Assembly: GCF_009914755.1 (NCBI RefSeq) | Contig: NC_060925.1 | DNA from: the human T2T-CHM13v2.0 reference genome, Homo sapiens | DNA length: 64,000 nucleotides | Strand: one strand, 5' to 3' | Shown here: positions 61,807-64,000 of the stretch, in pieces | Position numbering within the stretch: position 1 is the stretch's first letter | How the letters are laid out: each line of letters opens with the position of its first letter | Program-made: the position numbers and the translations under genes | The notes under the pieces: model-generated | Database searches by the model: none | What the model saw: the letters and a program-made list of their open reading frames with translations, nothing else | Told to the model about the DNA's origin: nothing

Positions 61807-63882
61807 TGTTAAATGTATAAACTAAAGAGTTGAAACAAATCCCATGTTTGGCCAATGTAGAATCTAAGTAGAAGGAAGACATAGAACTAAATTTTTCATC
61901 CTTTTATAACTACAAATGGATTTAAATATAATATTAAGTCTTCTGTTCACATAGTACATGGTTCAAATGTACATAGAAAGTACATATAAATATCTGGAGG
62001 AAGATTATTCCAGGTGGAGAGAACTGCAAGACCTTGTGGCAAGAAGGGGCTCAGCATGACTGACAAATAGCAAGAAGGTAAGAGTGGCTAAAGTAGTGTA
62101 AAAAAGGGGTAGAAAATGAGGCAGATGAGGTGTTTGGGTGTTAGATGGATATATGGCCTTCCATGTCATGATAAGGGTTTTGGATCTTATCATAAGTGTG
62201 ATGGGAAGTGAGTAACACCAAAAATGTCCTTGAAAATGTAATTTAAATTTTATATTATGTTTTGTATAATATTTTAAAAGTGGGAGTTGTTAAGAGATTA
62301 TGACCTCATTTAGAATTTAAATGACTTCATACGTCATATTTTCTCATTTATTTTGAACTTAAGTTACTTCATAAAAATCAAGCTTTTTTATTTTTAAAAC
62401 ATGTACAAGATGACATATTAGGATAAGCAACGTAATGATTACAAATGACATAATCTCATACAGAATTCTGGACAAAATTCTGTTTCGAGACTTCTATATG
62501 TGAGATATATATATTACAGCACATATGAAACATGTATGTGCAGTCTGATGAATAACTAGAGTGAATCAGTGTAACCACTATGTAGGTCAAAAAACAGAAC
62601 ATTGCCAGCACCTCTGAAACCCTTGCTATCTGACTTTTTAAAAAAGAGCTTACTTAGGACTATAATCTGTGATAATTATCTACTTAAATGCCAACTGAAA
62701 TCATGTGACCAATCTTTTTATGGGCAAAAGGAATGTCCCCTTAAGTCCATACTTAATTTCAATATGGAAATTGAGTACATATCAACTTAAAATCTATTCA
62801 CATTTCAGTATAGGGATGTACAATCTCTAAGGCATTTATTTTTAATTAAAAAGATATATCATGCATATAAAAATAGAACTATGAAACTTAAAGTGTATAC
62901 ATTTTCATACATTTTAGGGAAAGAGAACCTAATAGTAACAGCTTTAGGATAAAAAGCATTTGATTAAAGTAAAATTAAAGACATTCAAAACTTTAAGATC
63001 TCATTATGTGTTACATTATAACAAATCAGGTAAAATGAGACTTCTTTTTTCTGGGTAGCTTCTAGTATATGCTTAGCACTCATTAAATGTTAAACAATAA
63101 AATGTGAATTAGGCTAATCACAGTATATCTAAAGGACACACTATTAAATTTGAGCCTATTTAAAATTTTAATTATAAAACTACATGTCACTGATTCATAA
63201 CCTTTCTCAAAAAAAAAAAACCCCACGGAATCGAGATTTGTGTTTTTAAATCAATATTTTAGCAATGAACTACCAGAGGACAACAAATATGTATGGTCAA
63301 AATTAAAATTAAACTAATAATATTTTAAAATAAAGAATTTCATCTTAAAATTAGATTTTTCTCTATGGAAAAATTCTACAAACCTTTTGTAAATACATTT
63401 GAAATAGTCAAGAAAAAGAAGGGAATGAAATATAATAAATAAAGATAAGCTATATAAAGATATACTAAATGTGGGTAAAACTCAATGGAAACCATGGATA
63501 AAAATAACATTTAGAAGTATCACTCTTAAGTTGTAGTGCAGCAGCACCTGAATTATGCTCCCTTTAATTTATGCACATGATGGATAGCTTGTTAAGGGGC
63601 ATATCTGTAACCATTATAATTGATAGTAGCTGAAGGCAAGTCAGGCCATAATTTCTATTTAATGGATGGGATAGTAAGGGAACAAAGCCTGCAGTTGCAT
63701 TTTAAAATAAGTGCCAAAAGTTCACATTTATGTCCAAAGTAATACCTATATTAAGGTATTAAATTATTTGAGAGAAGAGAAAAATCAGCTGTAGCAAGAT
63801 CCATACATAATTAAATCACAATTTTGATTTGGCCAATAACTAGAAAAACCTTACAATAAGTAGAAAAGAATGTTCAACTAAC

Positions 63883-64000
63883 CATTTGATAGTCCATTTC
63901 TGTGCTTTTGCTCTTCAGAACTTGTGGGAGAAGCAAATAGACTCATTTGACAAGTTCCAGTTGTTGGAGAATAAGTTATAACACTTTTCTTCCTTGTGAT
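63883..64000 (-). CDS. ITGB3BP: ITGB3BP coding exon, cut by the window edge: ITRKKSVITYSPTTGTCQMSLFASPTSSEEQKHRNGLSN
   Basis: Open frame from the window end to the AAT G|gttag donor at 63882; phase 1 joins the KRKK exon. Confidence 0.95.

Overview
Human (or near-identical great-ape) genomic DNA, recognisable as chr1p31.3. It holds the last three coding exons and 3' UTR of ALG6 (+ strand), converging on the 3' part of ITGB3BP/CENP-R/NRIF3 (- strand: partial exon 3 through exon 9, plus the 50-nt alternative exon giving beta3-endonexin-long). The introns are dense in Alu, L1, L2, MIR and DNA-transposon fossils. They also carry a full-length SVA, a MER9 solo LTR, a young truncated L1PA and an RPL15 retrocopy. 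The main unexpected result: ITGB3BP intron 4 appears to hide the remains of a multi-exon, same-strand gene (~52275 to ~30040). After excising MER2, Alu and SVA insertions at their target-site duplications, it reads as a leucine-rich-repeat protein with an LRR-cap (LQYLDG) and a ~2-kb terminal exon for a disordered tail, followed by AATAAA. It is a candidate unitary pseudogene. All translations were done by hand. Exon numbers, isoform identities and repeat subfamily names come from recall, and repeat boundaries are approximate unless a TSD is cited.
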